A program made the translations under genes and the position numbers. Shown here piece after piece: positions 1 to 7,479 of a stretch of 52,165 nt of DNA. Under the pieces are notes generated by a model. That model was not told where the DNA came from, searched no databases, and saw nothing but the letters and a program-made list of their open reading frames with translations. The stretch comes from a virus (Duplodnaviria; Caudoviricetes): positions 1-52,165 of IMG/VR virus record IMGVR_UViG_3300032053_000109, one strand, 5' to 3'. Position 1 is the stretch's first letter. Each line of letters starts with the position of its first letter.

Positions 1-188
1 GTAAAGTTATTATCCTGTCGAATTAGCGGGATAATAGCCTTTATTTGGCCTCCATCCTTAACTCCTATGGTATGATCTTCACCTTGGGAATTTCCAGATA
101 GTACACAGTAGTTTTTCCAGTGCAGGGACTGCCAAAAGTTGGTTGACCTTTCATCGATTTCCTTTGGACTAAGATTTATTATTTCCAT
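1..188 (-). CDS. N-terminal part of GNAT/FemAB-like acyltransferase (runs off window start; probably continues at window end)
   Basis: Manual translation from ATG at 188: MEIINLSPKEIDERSTNFWQSLHWKNYCVLSGNSQGEDHTIGVKDGGQIKAIIPLIRQDNNF..., open to base 1; RBS AAAGGAG at ~200-206; FWQSxxW...AIIPL resembles FemAB-like N-termini. Confidence 0.65.
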   Translation of the reverse strand, partial: MEIINLSPKEIDERSTNFWQSLHWKNYCVLSGNSQGEDHTIGVKDGGQIKAIIPLIRQDNNF

Positions 189-211
189 TATCGTAACAGC
201 TCCTTTACAAT

Positions 212-240
212 AAAAAAGTAGTGCTTTTTAAACACAACTT
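212..240 (-). terminator. Terminator-like hairpin in leader of the late/glycan transcript
   Basis: Minus strand AAGTtGTGTTT-aaa-AAGCACtACTT followed by a T-run, between promoter and first gene. Confidence 0.45.
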
Positions 241-246
241 GTTAAG

Positions 247-280
247 ATTATTATATAAGATTTTTCAACAATGTCTAAAA
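247..280 (-). promoter_or_regulatory. Putative sigmaA-type promoter for the glycan/packaging/structural arm
   Basis: Minus strand TAGACA...~17 nt...TATAAT, just downstream of an upstream terminator. Confidence 0.55.
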
Positions 281-315
281 GGTTTTTTGAAAAATAAATA
301 AATATATTTTCACTC

Positions 316-345
316 AAAGAAAAGAGCCTTGATATTAGGCTCCTT
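316..345 (-). terminator. Rho-independent terminator
   Basis: Minus strand GAGCCT-aatatca-AGGCTC then TTTTCTTT, directly after the 350..1006 gene. Confidence 0.7.
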
Positions 346-349
346 CAGT

Positions 350-1006
350 TTAGTTGAGTTGTTTATTTAGGCCTAAACTTTTTCCTGCCTTATAACCTTG
401 GTTGAATATGCCTGAATCTCCAGAGCTTCCTAGTCTATTCTTGCATTTGGATGTTCCACCACTGCATTGCCTGTCCTTCTCAGCAATTACGGCCCCATCC
501 TTTACTAACATCAATCCCCAGTTCTCCTTGGCTACCTGTTCAGCGAATTTCTCTCCTAATCCTTTAATGAAACCAGTTGAGTAATCTCCTGAGATGCCTG
601 TGGTATCCTTTCCAGCTTTACGGTAGTCTCTCCTGAGCTTCCTCATTCCTTTGTCCAGAGTATCAACTGCGAAGTTGAATACCGATACCGTGATATCAGT
701 ATCATCTTTGAGGCCGATGAAGCAGAGACCTTTTCTACCTTTATCAATGAGGAGTTCGGTTCTAAAATTTTTGCAGATAACATTGGCGAGTCTCATCATC
801 CAGTAAGTATGGCTTCCTTGTCCTACAAAGGATGTTATGACCTCCTTCTTGGCAGGTTCTAGGTCTTGTACCATTTCCATGTGTATATTATGTTGTGCCA
901 TTAATTTTTGAGCCATTAAGAGTGCGTTCTGTGCCTCCTGCTCAGATGAGTTGTTTCCTGCGAGTGCGAGCATTTTCTTTACCTTGTCAATAATTTTTGT
1001 GTTCAT
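350..1006 (-). CDS. DUF2786-domain phage protein
   Basis: N-terminus KIIDKVKKMLALA..N..EQEAQNALLMAQKLM is the DUF2786 pattern; RBS AAGGAGG. Confidence 0.8.
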   Translation of the reverse strand: MNTKIIDKVKKMLALAGNNSSEQEAQNALLMAQKLMAQHNIHMEMVQDLEPAKKEVITSFVGQGSHTYWMMRLANVICKNFRTELLIDKGRKGLCFIGLKDDTDITVSVFNFAVDTLDKGMRKLRRDYRKAGKDTTGISGDYSTGFIKGLGEKFAEQVAKENWGLMLVKDGAVIAEKDRQCSGGTSKCKNRLGSSGDSGIFNQGYKAGKSLGLNKQLN

Positions 1007-1051
1007 AATATATCCTCCTTTAAATTAGCGGGGCCGTTGCCCCAGTTTATA

Positions 1052-1264
1052 TTAGTTGTTTTCTTCCCAGTCCCAGCTATTGCAGTTGGTGTTGTTCATT
1101 ATATAATCGAATACCTCGGATTTCTTTACCTTTGAACGATCAACCTTGAATCCGTTACCTCTGAGGTCTCTAATTGCAGCTTTCTTGGTTGTTTGACTAA
1201 TTTCTACGATTTTCTTTTTGTTGTTGTCATAAGGGTCGGTTACGATTGCTTTGAATTTGATCAT
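1052..1264 (-). CDS. Hypothetical early protein
   Basis: ORF with RBS AAGGAGG. Confidence 0.75.
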   Translation of the reverse strand: MIKFKAIVTDPYDNNKKKIVEISQTTKKAAIRDLRGNGFKVDRSKVKKSEVFDYIMNNTNCNSWDWEENN

Positions 1265-1277
1265 TTTCGGTTCCTCC

Positions 1278-1433
1278 TTATATATTAGTGTACGTTAACG
1301 TGTCATTTTTAGGATTATAAATAGCAACAACCTCTTCTGTTGCTACGTTTATAGCTATATACTTTTTACCAAGTTCCCATCTGATAGTGCTTCCTACTTT
1401 TTCTTCTATCTCCTTAGTTAGTTTTTTTATCAT
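1278..1433 (-). CDS. Small hypothetical early protein (51 aa, not in ORF track)
   Basis: MIKKLTKEIEEKVGSTIRWELGKKYIAINVATEEVVAIYNPKNDTLTYTNI*; RBS AAGGAGG; first gene after the repeated promoter. Confidence 0.75.
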   Translation of the reverse strand: MIKKLTKEIEEKVGSTIRWELGKKYIAINVATEEVVAIYNPKNDTLTYTNI

Positions 1434-1440
1434 TTTCGTG

Positions 1441-1509
1441 TCCTCCTTAAATTTGAGTATAATTAATTATATGATATTATGAGTGACTTGTAAATGATTT
1501 ATCCCAAAG
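1441..1509 (-). repeat. Promoter+RBS repeat, copy 1 (TTTACA-N17-TATAAT)
   Basis: 69 bp identical to 2402..2470; -35 at 1489-1494, -10 at 1466-1471, ends in AAGGAGG. Confidence 0.9.
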
Positions 1510-1531
1510 TTTCTCAAAAATCTTTTTACGC

Positions 1532-1560
1532 ACAAAAGAGACCTTATGTTCAGGTCCCTG
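1532..1560 (-). terminator. Rho-independent terminator
   Basis: Minus strand GGACCT-gaacata-AGGTCT then CTTTTGT. Confidence 0.6.
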
Positions 1561-1570
1561 ATGGTAAGAG

Positions 1571-1753
1571 TTAGGGGAGAGTTATTCGAATTTTATCCTC
1601 CCCAAGGATGGTTGTTAAAAATAAATCTCCTTCCTCCAAGGTTTGTTCCAGGAATTCTCTTATCATGGTGTAACCAGTGAAGTCAACTACGATGGTTCGA
1701 TTCTTGGTTAGTTCATTTAGCAGGTCCTCAAGGTAGATATTTACCTTACTCAT
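1571..1753 (-). CDS. Hypothetical protein
   Basis: ORF with RBS GGAGGTG, adjacent to upstream gene. Confidence 0.65.
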   Translation of the reverse strand: MSKVNIYLEDLLNELTKNRTIVVDFTGYTMIREFLEQTLEEGDLFLTTILGEDKIRITLP

Positions 1754-1754
1754 A

Positions 1755-2138
1755 TTATTTCACCTCCTCTTCTTCTAATGTCTTTATCATGTCGAATTCT
1801 TTTTGATTCCAGCTCCAGACGCCTTCTCCTCTTGTATATCCTTTGTTACGAAGTTTACGGCGGGTTGATTTTTCAGTGAGTTCCCAGGCAGTGGCAAGGT
1901 CCTTAAGGTAAAATCTAATTTCTTCAGTTGGCTCGATTGGTTCCTTTGTTTTGGTGGCCATTACCCTGTCGGTTAATTCCTTTATGATTTCCTCTTCTGT
2001 GATTTCTTCTTCCTTATTGAGTAAACCTTCTACCTTAACTGTTAATTCACCTTTTGTCATTGTCCAGATACCTTTGATTTTCAAATCCTTTGCCATTGCC
2101 TGTAGTTGAGTTAGTTTCATTTCCTGTAAATTAATCAT
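1755..2138 (-). CDS. Putative DNA-binding protein: Rho-N/HeH-like N-terminus plus winged-HTH-like C-terminus
   Basis: LQEMKLTQLQAMAKDLKIKGIWTMTKGEL (Rho-N-like); LKDLATAWELTEKSTRRKLRNKG...WSW. Confidence 0.6.
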   Translation of the reverse strand: MINLQEMKLTQLQAMAKDLKIKGIWTMTKGELTVKVEGLLNKEEEITEEEIIKELTDRVMATKTKEPIEPTEEIRFYLKDLATAWELTEKSTRRKLRNKGYTRGEGVWSWNQKEFDMIKTLEEEEVK

Positions 2139-2155
2139 TTTGAATTCCTCCTTTT

Positions 2156-2203
2156 AGTCTCATCAGTTACCGCTATACGGTAAGACCCCGAAGGGTTTCG
2201 ACT
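2156..2203 (-). ncRNA. Hammerhead ribozyme, type II
   Basis: Minus strand AGUC-GAAA-CCC(UUCG)GGG-UC^-UUACCG(UAUAG)CGGUAA-CUGAUGA-GACU: full conserved core, three paired stems, GUC cleavage triplet. Confidence 0.9.
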
Positions 2204-2394
2204 TAGTATAAAACATACCATCTTTTTCCCTTTAATTCAGGCCTAATCCTTAATATTTTATTATTTACCAAATCATTAAGTTCCTTCTGGTCTATTCCTA
2301 AAGATTCCTTAACTCCCTTAGCTGACATTACTGAATTAATTCCGAATTGGTTATTTTTTACTAAAAGCTCTATTACCTGATTTCTTGTTTTCAT
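2203..2394 (-). CDS. Small hypothetical protein (possible HTH)
   Basis: ORF with RBS AAGGAGG after repeated promoter. Confidence 0.7.
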   Translation of the reverse strand: MKTRNQVIELLVKNNQFGINSVMSAKGVKESLGIDQKELNDLVNNKILRIRPELKGKRWYVLY

Positions 2395-2401
2395 TTTCGG
2401 T

Positions 2402-2470
2402 TCCTCCTTAAATTTGAGTATAATTAATTATATGATATTATGAGTGACTTGTAAATGATTTATCCCAAAG
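2402..2470 (-). repeat. Promoter+RBS repeat, copy 2
   Basis: 69 bp identical to 1441..1509. Confidence 0.9.
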
Positions 2471-2493
2471 ATTTTTGAGAATCTTTTTATGGA

Positions 2494-2524
2494 CAAAGAG
2501 AAAGCCCCTATTAAGGAGCCTTTA
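2494..2524 (-). terminator. Rho-independent terminator
   Basis: Minus strand AAAGGCTCCT-taat-AGGGGCTTT then CTCTTT. Confidence 0.6.
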
Positions 2525-2593
2525 GAGAGATAAATTATTTTTGAATCATCTTCATCTTAACATTGATTAACTTATCCAGCTCCTGAGAAACCT

Positions 2594-2803
2594 TTAAGGT
2601 AGTAATAGAGTCAAGTCCTTTGTCCACAGATAGTTTATCAAATTTGACATAATTTCATTTAACTTATTTCTTGCTTCTTTTAACGCTCTTTGCTTTTTAG
2701 CAATCCTATTTATATCTTTTTTGTTGCAATATATTTCATGTCGAATGTCAGACAACTCTCTTTGAAGCTTTTCTTTGATTAGTTCTATAGTTTCTTTCTT
2801 CAT
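2594..2803 (-). CDS. Hypothetical coiled-coil protein
   Basis: ORF with RBS GGAGG. Confidence 0.65.
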   Translation of the reverse strand: MKKETIELIKEKLQRELSDIRHEIYCNKKDINRIAKKQRALKEARNKLNEIMSNLINYLWTKDLTLLLP

Positions 2804-2826
2804 ACTCTACCTCCATTATTTTATAC

Positions 2827-3168
2827 TTAGAATTTACATGCAAACTTATCACATCGTATAACGTTATCATTTCCAACGTCTGTTCCAAACTCAATGTTTT
2901 CTGCGCTACACGACGGTATTTCGTTTACGCAATCATTGCATAAATTATTCTTTTCAAATAAACAAATTCGTGAAATATTGCTTATGTCAATACTTTGGTT
3001 GCTTGTAACAAATTCTTTACTCGTATCTAATGATATTGAGTTTTCGGTAAATGTTCGTAACCTTCCCGAAAAATAAAAGGGTCTGCCATTCATATCTCCA
3101 TTTACAGTTTTTACCCAAACAATATCGTCCCTTTCAAATACTTGATTATTAATTTTTATACAAATCAT
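2827..3168 (-). CDS. Hypothetical protein with Cys-rich C-terminus
   Basis: ORF with RBS GGAGG; LCNDC...C...DNVIRCDKF. Confidence 0.65.
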   Translation of the reverse strand: MICIKINNQVFERDDIVWVKTVNGDMNGRPFYFSGRLRTFTENSISLDTSKEFVTSNQSIDISNISRICLFEKNNLCNDCVNEIPSCSAENIEFGTDVGNDNVIRCDKFACKF

Positions 3169-3333
3169 TTTTCATACCTCCATCATAATTTTAATTTAAT
3201 CCTGCTTTATCAATCTCATATAATCGCAATCAAGTCTGTGTGTATTACTACCGTTGCAAAGGTTACATACATAATCTCATTTGTTCTTACCTCCTATTTG
3301 TAGTATACATCTATTATACCATAAACAAAGTTC

Positions 3334-3729
3334 TTACCTAAGAAGAATCTTCTCTACCTCTAAATCTATGCAGGATGTTTCTGAGTAGGTTCTTGATAAT
3401 AACATTTTAATTTCCTGATTTTCAGCTTTCAACCTATCAACTTCCGCTTCGGCTTTTTCGGCACTAGCAGCCAACGATTTATGAGATTCCATACTTTCTA
3501 ACCATTCGAGTTTTATCTCTAGATACTCATTTCTTTCAACTAACGCATCATGTTCGTTGACGCATTTGATTATGTGTTCAGCATCAGGCATACAGGTTGA
3601 GTAATCACAAAAATCTTTATGGTACATTGCTGCTACCCGCCTGTCTTTAGCATCTTCTATATACCTTCTGTAGTTATCCATTACATCCCTACTATGTGCT
3701 ATCTTCCAGGGTCTAGGGCTAAGGTTCAT
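3334..3729 (-). CDS. Hypothetical phage protein
   Basis: SPRPW...DAEHIIKCVNEHDALV pattern common in phage small proteins; RBS GGAGG. Confidence 0.7.
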   Translation of the reverse strand: MNLSPRPWKIAHSRDVMDNYRRYIEDAKDRRVAAMYHKDFCDYSTCMPDAEHIIKCVNEHDALVERNEYLEIKLEWLESMESHKSLAASAEKAEAEVDRLKAENQEIKMLLSRTYSETSCIDLEVEKILLR

Positions 3730-3767
3730 CTTGTTACCTCCACTTTCAAATTTTATTCTTACATAAT

Positions 3768-3809
3768 ATTATATTCTATATCCTTCCAAAAGTACACCAG
3801 CTAATTCTC
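3768..3809 (-). promoter_or_regulatory. Promoter with GAGAATTW upstream box
   Basis: GAGAATTA-N5-TGTACT-N17-TATAAT. Confidence 0.55.
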
Positions 3810-3955
3810 CTATTTTAACCTTCTCAGCGGAGGGTATTCCTCCTCTTCTTCCTTATAAGGTATTATATCCCTATTTCTTTCTGCATGTACTCCTAGGTAA
3901 TATCCAAGATAGATACAGATAGCCATAATTACTGCAAATCCTATTAGTTGAGTAG

Positions 3956-4831
3956 TCATTCTGTTACCTCCTTTGTCATTTGATTGTAGCTTTTAGTTAC
4001 CTTGACAGGCCATTCATCATTGTTCATTCCAAACATGCCATTCTGATAGTCATTGGTAGGTGCGTACTTTGAGGCTATTTTGGTTATGTCAGTAAAGCCT
4101 TGTGCGATATAGTATTGTGAAAGATTCCTGACTAATTCCTTCATAGATGCTTCCACAGTAGGGAAATCTATGTAGCGTCCAGTCTTAGGATATTTGCAAC
4201 CCTTGTACCAGTTTAACCCACCTACATTATTATGGTTGATAAGCAACGGGCTATCACAGTTGAGCCCTACCTCTTGAAGTATAATGGATGCAGTCATCAT
4301 AGCTGATACCGGAGGATTCTGAGATTTACAAAGTCTATATAGTATCAGGCCTTTATCGCTAAGCTTACCCTTGAACCTCTTATTTATCACAGTAACCACC
4401 TTGTCATAATCATCCTCAGAGGGTAACTCTATTTTAGAAGAGGGATTAGATTTTATCTTAACCACAGGAATGGGCTCGGGTTCTTTGGCTGCAGGTACAG
4501 GAGTAGGGATAGTCTTTTGAGGGTCATTCCAAATATGGGGTGAAGCCCAACTCATGGATTCGGAATAAGAGCTGAGATAAATGATGCAAGCGAATATGGC
4601 CACTAGAATTAATATTGCTATAAACATATGTTTAATAGTTTCAACTGCCTTATTTGGCTTCCTACGTCTTCTAGGGTTGGTTCTACGTTCTATAGTATTG
4701 TACATTTTACTATGAAGCTCATCCACTCTCTTGGAATCTTTAAAAGTTTCCACAATAAAAGCAAAAGGATTATATATGAGAGACCCTCCTTTTACTATCC
4801 AGAATTTTTGTTTTAAAGATGTGTTCATCAA
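3956..4831 (-). CDS. Membrane-anchored glucosaminidase (GH73-like) peptidoglycan hydrolase; start uncertain
   Basis: Hydrophobic segment MFIAILILVAIFACIIYL after basic patch; ASIILQEVG, NNVGGL, YIDFPTVEAS, IASKYAP motifs. Confidence 0.7.
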   Translation of the reverse strand: MMNTSLKQKFWIVKGGSLIYNPFAFIVETFKDSKRVDELHSKMYNTIERRTNPRRRRKPNKAVETIKHMFIAILILVAIFACIIYLSSYSESMSWASPHIWNDPQKTIPTPVPAAKEPEPIPVVKIKSNPSSKIELPSEDDYDKVVTVINKRFKGKLSDKGLILYRLCKSQNPPVSAMMTASIILQEVGLNCDSPLLINHNNVGGLNWYKGCKYPKTGRYIDFPTVEASMKELVRNLSQYYIAQGFTDITKIASKYAPTNDYQNGMFGMNNDEWPVKVTKSYNQMTKEVTE

Positions 4832-4970
4832 TTAGAATTTCATAGGCCTTTTGTAAATAGATAGCAGCATCAATCTCATATACATCCTTTGCATACTCTT
4901 GCATCTGCCTGGCAACTCTTAACTTCTCCAATAAGTCGTTCATTGTTGCTTTTACATCTTCATACTTCAT
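4770..4970 (-). CDS. Small protein, DUF2508/YaaL-like (start revised to 4970)
   Basis: RBS GAGGAGG before MKYEDV; EYAKDVYEIDAAIYLQKAYE resembles YaaL pattern. Confidence 0.45.
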   Translation of the reverse strand: MKYEDVKATMNDLLEKLRVARQMQEYAKDVYEIDAAIYLQKAYEILIDEHIFKTKILDSKRRVSHI

Positions 4971-5050
4971 ATGTATATCCTCCTCAGGATTTAGAATCAG
5001 TCTTATTATATCATTTCTACTTATAGGCTGTAAACAAGCAAAATCACACA

Positions 5051-5080
5051 ACAAAAAAGATAGCATAAGCTACCTTTTTC
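5051..5080 (-). terminator. Rho-independent terminator
   Basis: Minus strand AAAAAGGTAGC-ttat-GCTATCTTTTTT. Confidence 0.7.
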
Positions 5081-5113
5081 TGAGGTGATACGTTATGTGA
5101 AGTATGTTACTTC

Positions 5114-5485
5114 CTATTTTTTCTTCTTTTTCTTTTTTGAAACTACTGCTTTAGGAGCTTCTTCTTCTCCATCTTCTTCGCCATCTTCTCCATCTTCGTC
5201 AGGTGATTGTTCCACAGGAGGTTTTGATGCTTTTGATGCCTTAACTGGAGGATTCTTTTTGTTCTCTATATAAGTAGTTAGCAATGTATCAATCTTCTCG
5301 AGTTCATCAGAATCACTAGGCCATTCATACTTTGTCTTAGGACCAAACCCAGTTGCATCAGCAATTTTAGGAGCAGCGAATCCTCCCTTTCTAAGTATTA
5401 TCCTAATAGTTTTAGATTCCAAATTGTATTCAGTTGCAAGATCTTCGATTCCTACCATTGTTATTTCTTTTTTAGCCATTACCAA
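5114..5485 (-). CDS. Putative winged-HTH DNA-binding protein with acidic and poly-Lys tail
   Basis: IEDLATEYNLESKTIRIILRK...KYEW; C-terminal EDGE repeats then KKKKKKK. Confidence 0.65.
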   Translation of the reverse strand: MVMAKKEITMVGIEDLATEYNLESKTIRIILRKGGFAAPKIADATGFGPKTKYEWPSDSDELEKIDTLLTTYIENKKNPPVKASKASKPPVEQSPDEDGEDGEEDGEEEAPKAVVSKKKKKKK

Positions 5486-5510
5486 TTACCACCTTTTCTC
5501 TTTTTCTTTT

Positions 5511-5552
5511 ATTATACGATAATGTTTGAACTTTGTAAATGACCAAATTCTC
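5511..5552 (-). promoter_or_regulatory. Promoter with GAGAATTW upstream box
   Basis: GAGAATTT-N5-TTTACA-N17-TATAAT. Confidence 0.7.
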
Positions 5553-5711
5553 AGGATAAAATAATGGGGGTTTTTATACCTTAAATTAGTAGAATAGGGG
5601 TAGTAAGGACCTTCTATGGTTGAAAAAGTACCCTGCTACTTTTTTTGGGGTCTATAATCATCACATCAGTCCCTATCAATCTCCCATCCTAATTATAGGT
5701 TCTAAGGCTAC

Positions 5712-6386
5712 CTATTCTATATCATCTCCGGTGTAACTATCAACCTTAGTTTTACTAAGTAAACACCTACCAAGTCTCTCCAGCTTTCCATTTTCTTCTT
5801 CCCATGTAACCATGGCACTTTTTATCTCCTCTTTTGCAGATTTTGTTAGCTTACATTCCTGAGGTCGATTATCCTTCATCTTTTGTTTCATGGAAGCTTC
5901 TCGGTTCTCATTTTTTTCAGAAGCTCCCCCTCCTCCACCTCTCCTTAGTTCATCCTTATAAACTGCTAACCAATCAGAAAATCCTGCCTGTTCTAGCTCT
6001 ATTTCCAATTTTGAAAGTTCATCCCTCTTCTCTTCTCTCTTTGTAGCATCCAGTAAATCTATATTTTTGAGAATCATATACCATTGTTTGATATCCTTAA
6101 GTAAAGACCAACATCCTTTAGCTTTTATTTTTTTCATATCAGAGACAGAAAGAACTTGTCTAGGTTTTTGAACAAAATAGAATGCAGCCAGTGCGGTGCA
6201 TTCGTAATAGTTAGTATTTCCGATAAAAGCCTTCTTTACGCAGAGTTCGCAGTCAGACCCCATTAGGTCAATCAGTCTCTTACCCTTTGAAACATCAATT
6301 TTTGATATTTCCAGTTTCTCACTTTTAATCTTATTATTGTAAACTTTTGTTGCGTTAGCTGTTACGGCGTTATGTGCATATCTCAT
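5712..6386 (-). CDS. Hypothetical protein
   Basis: 224-aa ORF with RBS GGAGG; no recognised family. Confidence 0.65.
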   Translation of the reverse strand: MRYAHNAVTANATKVYNNKIKSEKLEISKIDVSKGKRLIDLMGSDCELCVKKAFIGNTNYYECTALAAFYFVQKPRQVLSVSDMKKIKAKGCWSLLKDIKQWYMILKNIDLLDATKREEKRDELSKLEIELEQAGFSDWLAVYKDELRRGGGGGASEKNENREASMKQKMKDNRPQECKLTKSAKEEIKSAMVTWEEENGKLERLGRCLLSKTKVDSYTGDDIE

Positions 6387-6484
6387 TTGAATACCTCCAG
6401 TAAATTTTTTTATTTAAAATCTATAATTATCAATCTCTCTACGGTATTTTTAATTCTTCCAAAACTTTAGCCCTTTTGAACTAC

Positions 6485-6935
6485 CTGGCAATATATCCGT
6501 AAATATATATATAATATATATACGGAATTTGCCAGTGTCCAAAGGCTGCTTTTTTCATTTATTTGCCACCAAATTTTGACATTTTTAGCGAAAGGCTTGG
6601 TACGGGTTTGGGCGGTGGGGTGGCAACTAAAGTGGCAACTTTTTGATTTTAGTTGCCACTTGAAGGCAATGTATTGATTCTGAGTTTGGGCCGTTGGGTG
6701 GCAACATGATAATAAGTTTACTTTCCTATTTTTACAGGCATTCGCCAATTGGAAATTCCTAATATTATTGAAACTTTGAATCTCTGCGGACTCGAGGTTT
6801 GACGGCGGCGTACTCACTGTGAATATGGCCGCGGTTTTCATTTCGCTAAGTGGCAACTTAAGTGGCAACTTTTTCGCGGAAGTTGCCACTAACCAGAGAA
6901 AGTCTTGATACGGGTTAGGTCGGACGGGTGGCAAC
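6485..6935. repeat. Iteron-like GTGGCAAC array with AT-rich palindrome; candidate replication origin
   Basis: GTGGCAAC at 6620, 6632, 6698, 6850, 6862, 6928 and inverted GTTGCCAC at 6652, 6882; palindrome CTGGCAA..TCCGTA-(AT only)-TACGGA..TTGCCAG at 6485-6535. Confidence 0.7.
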
Positions 6936-7069
6936 TGATTTTTAAAAATCTTATTACAGCTCGGTTTACAATTTATGGTGCGGTTTACAAATTTAGGAAA
7001 GATTTCCATATTTCTTGGATTTTTGAAGTTTACATAATAACCAACCATGTTGTTCATCTCCTCTTTTTA

Positions 7070-7372
7070 TTAGTTCAAATTTTCATCTCCCCGAGTCATT
7101 TCATCTGAAATATGTTCTAAAATTTCATGTTCTTTACACCATTCGATTAGGTCGGGTCCGCTGAGTAGGTTGGACCTTACACAGGAAAGTTGGTTGATAA
7201 ATCGGGTTACAAATTTTTTCATTCGGTCTTTTCCAAACCCAAATTGCGAGTTAAGTGATAATGATGCTAAGGCCAAGAAAATATACATATTCTCTCGAGT
7301 TATCTTTTTGTCATGGTCCTTAGCCTCTAATACTTCCTTCTTAATGTGTTTTCTTTTGCTCCTTGATCCCAT
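7070..7372 (-). CDS. Hypothetical phage protein
   Basis: RBS AAAGGAG; LNSQFGFGKDRMKKF pattern common in Bacillota phages. Confidence 0.7.
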   Translation of the reverse strand: MGSRSKRKHIKKEVLEAKDHDKKITRENMYIFLALASLSLNSQFGFGKDRMKKFVTRFINQLSCVRSNLLSGPDLIEWCKEHEILEHISDEMTRGDENLN

Positions 7373-7479
7373 TTGTATCAGCTCCTTTGTTATTTGTTAT
7401 TTGTTTTCCTACGTTATACCATATAATTGCGATAAATATTGTATATACTAATAATCTCATTTGTATCACAGCTCCTTTT

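Noticed and set aside
1025-1048. Small GC hairpin (GGGC-AACG-GCCC) upstream of the DUF2786 gene as a second ribozyme
   Set aside because: No catalytic core motifs; at most a stabilising hairpin.
5564-5584. ATGGGG(G)TTTTT(T)ATACCTTA also present near 9393-9412
   Set aside because: Only two copies, low complexity, one inside a CDS; no supportable function.
6620-6935. Repeat array as a CRISPR array
   Set aside because: Repeats are only 8 bp, irregularly spaced and in both orientations; no cas operon.
6467-7057. 196-aa minus-strand ORF with repeated CHPTAQT
   Set aside because: The peptide repeats are a by-product of the GTGGCAAC DNA array, and composition is atypical; more likely non-coding, though a short N-terminal product cannot be excluded.
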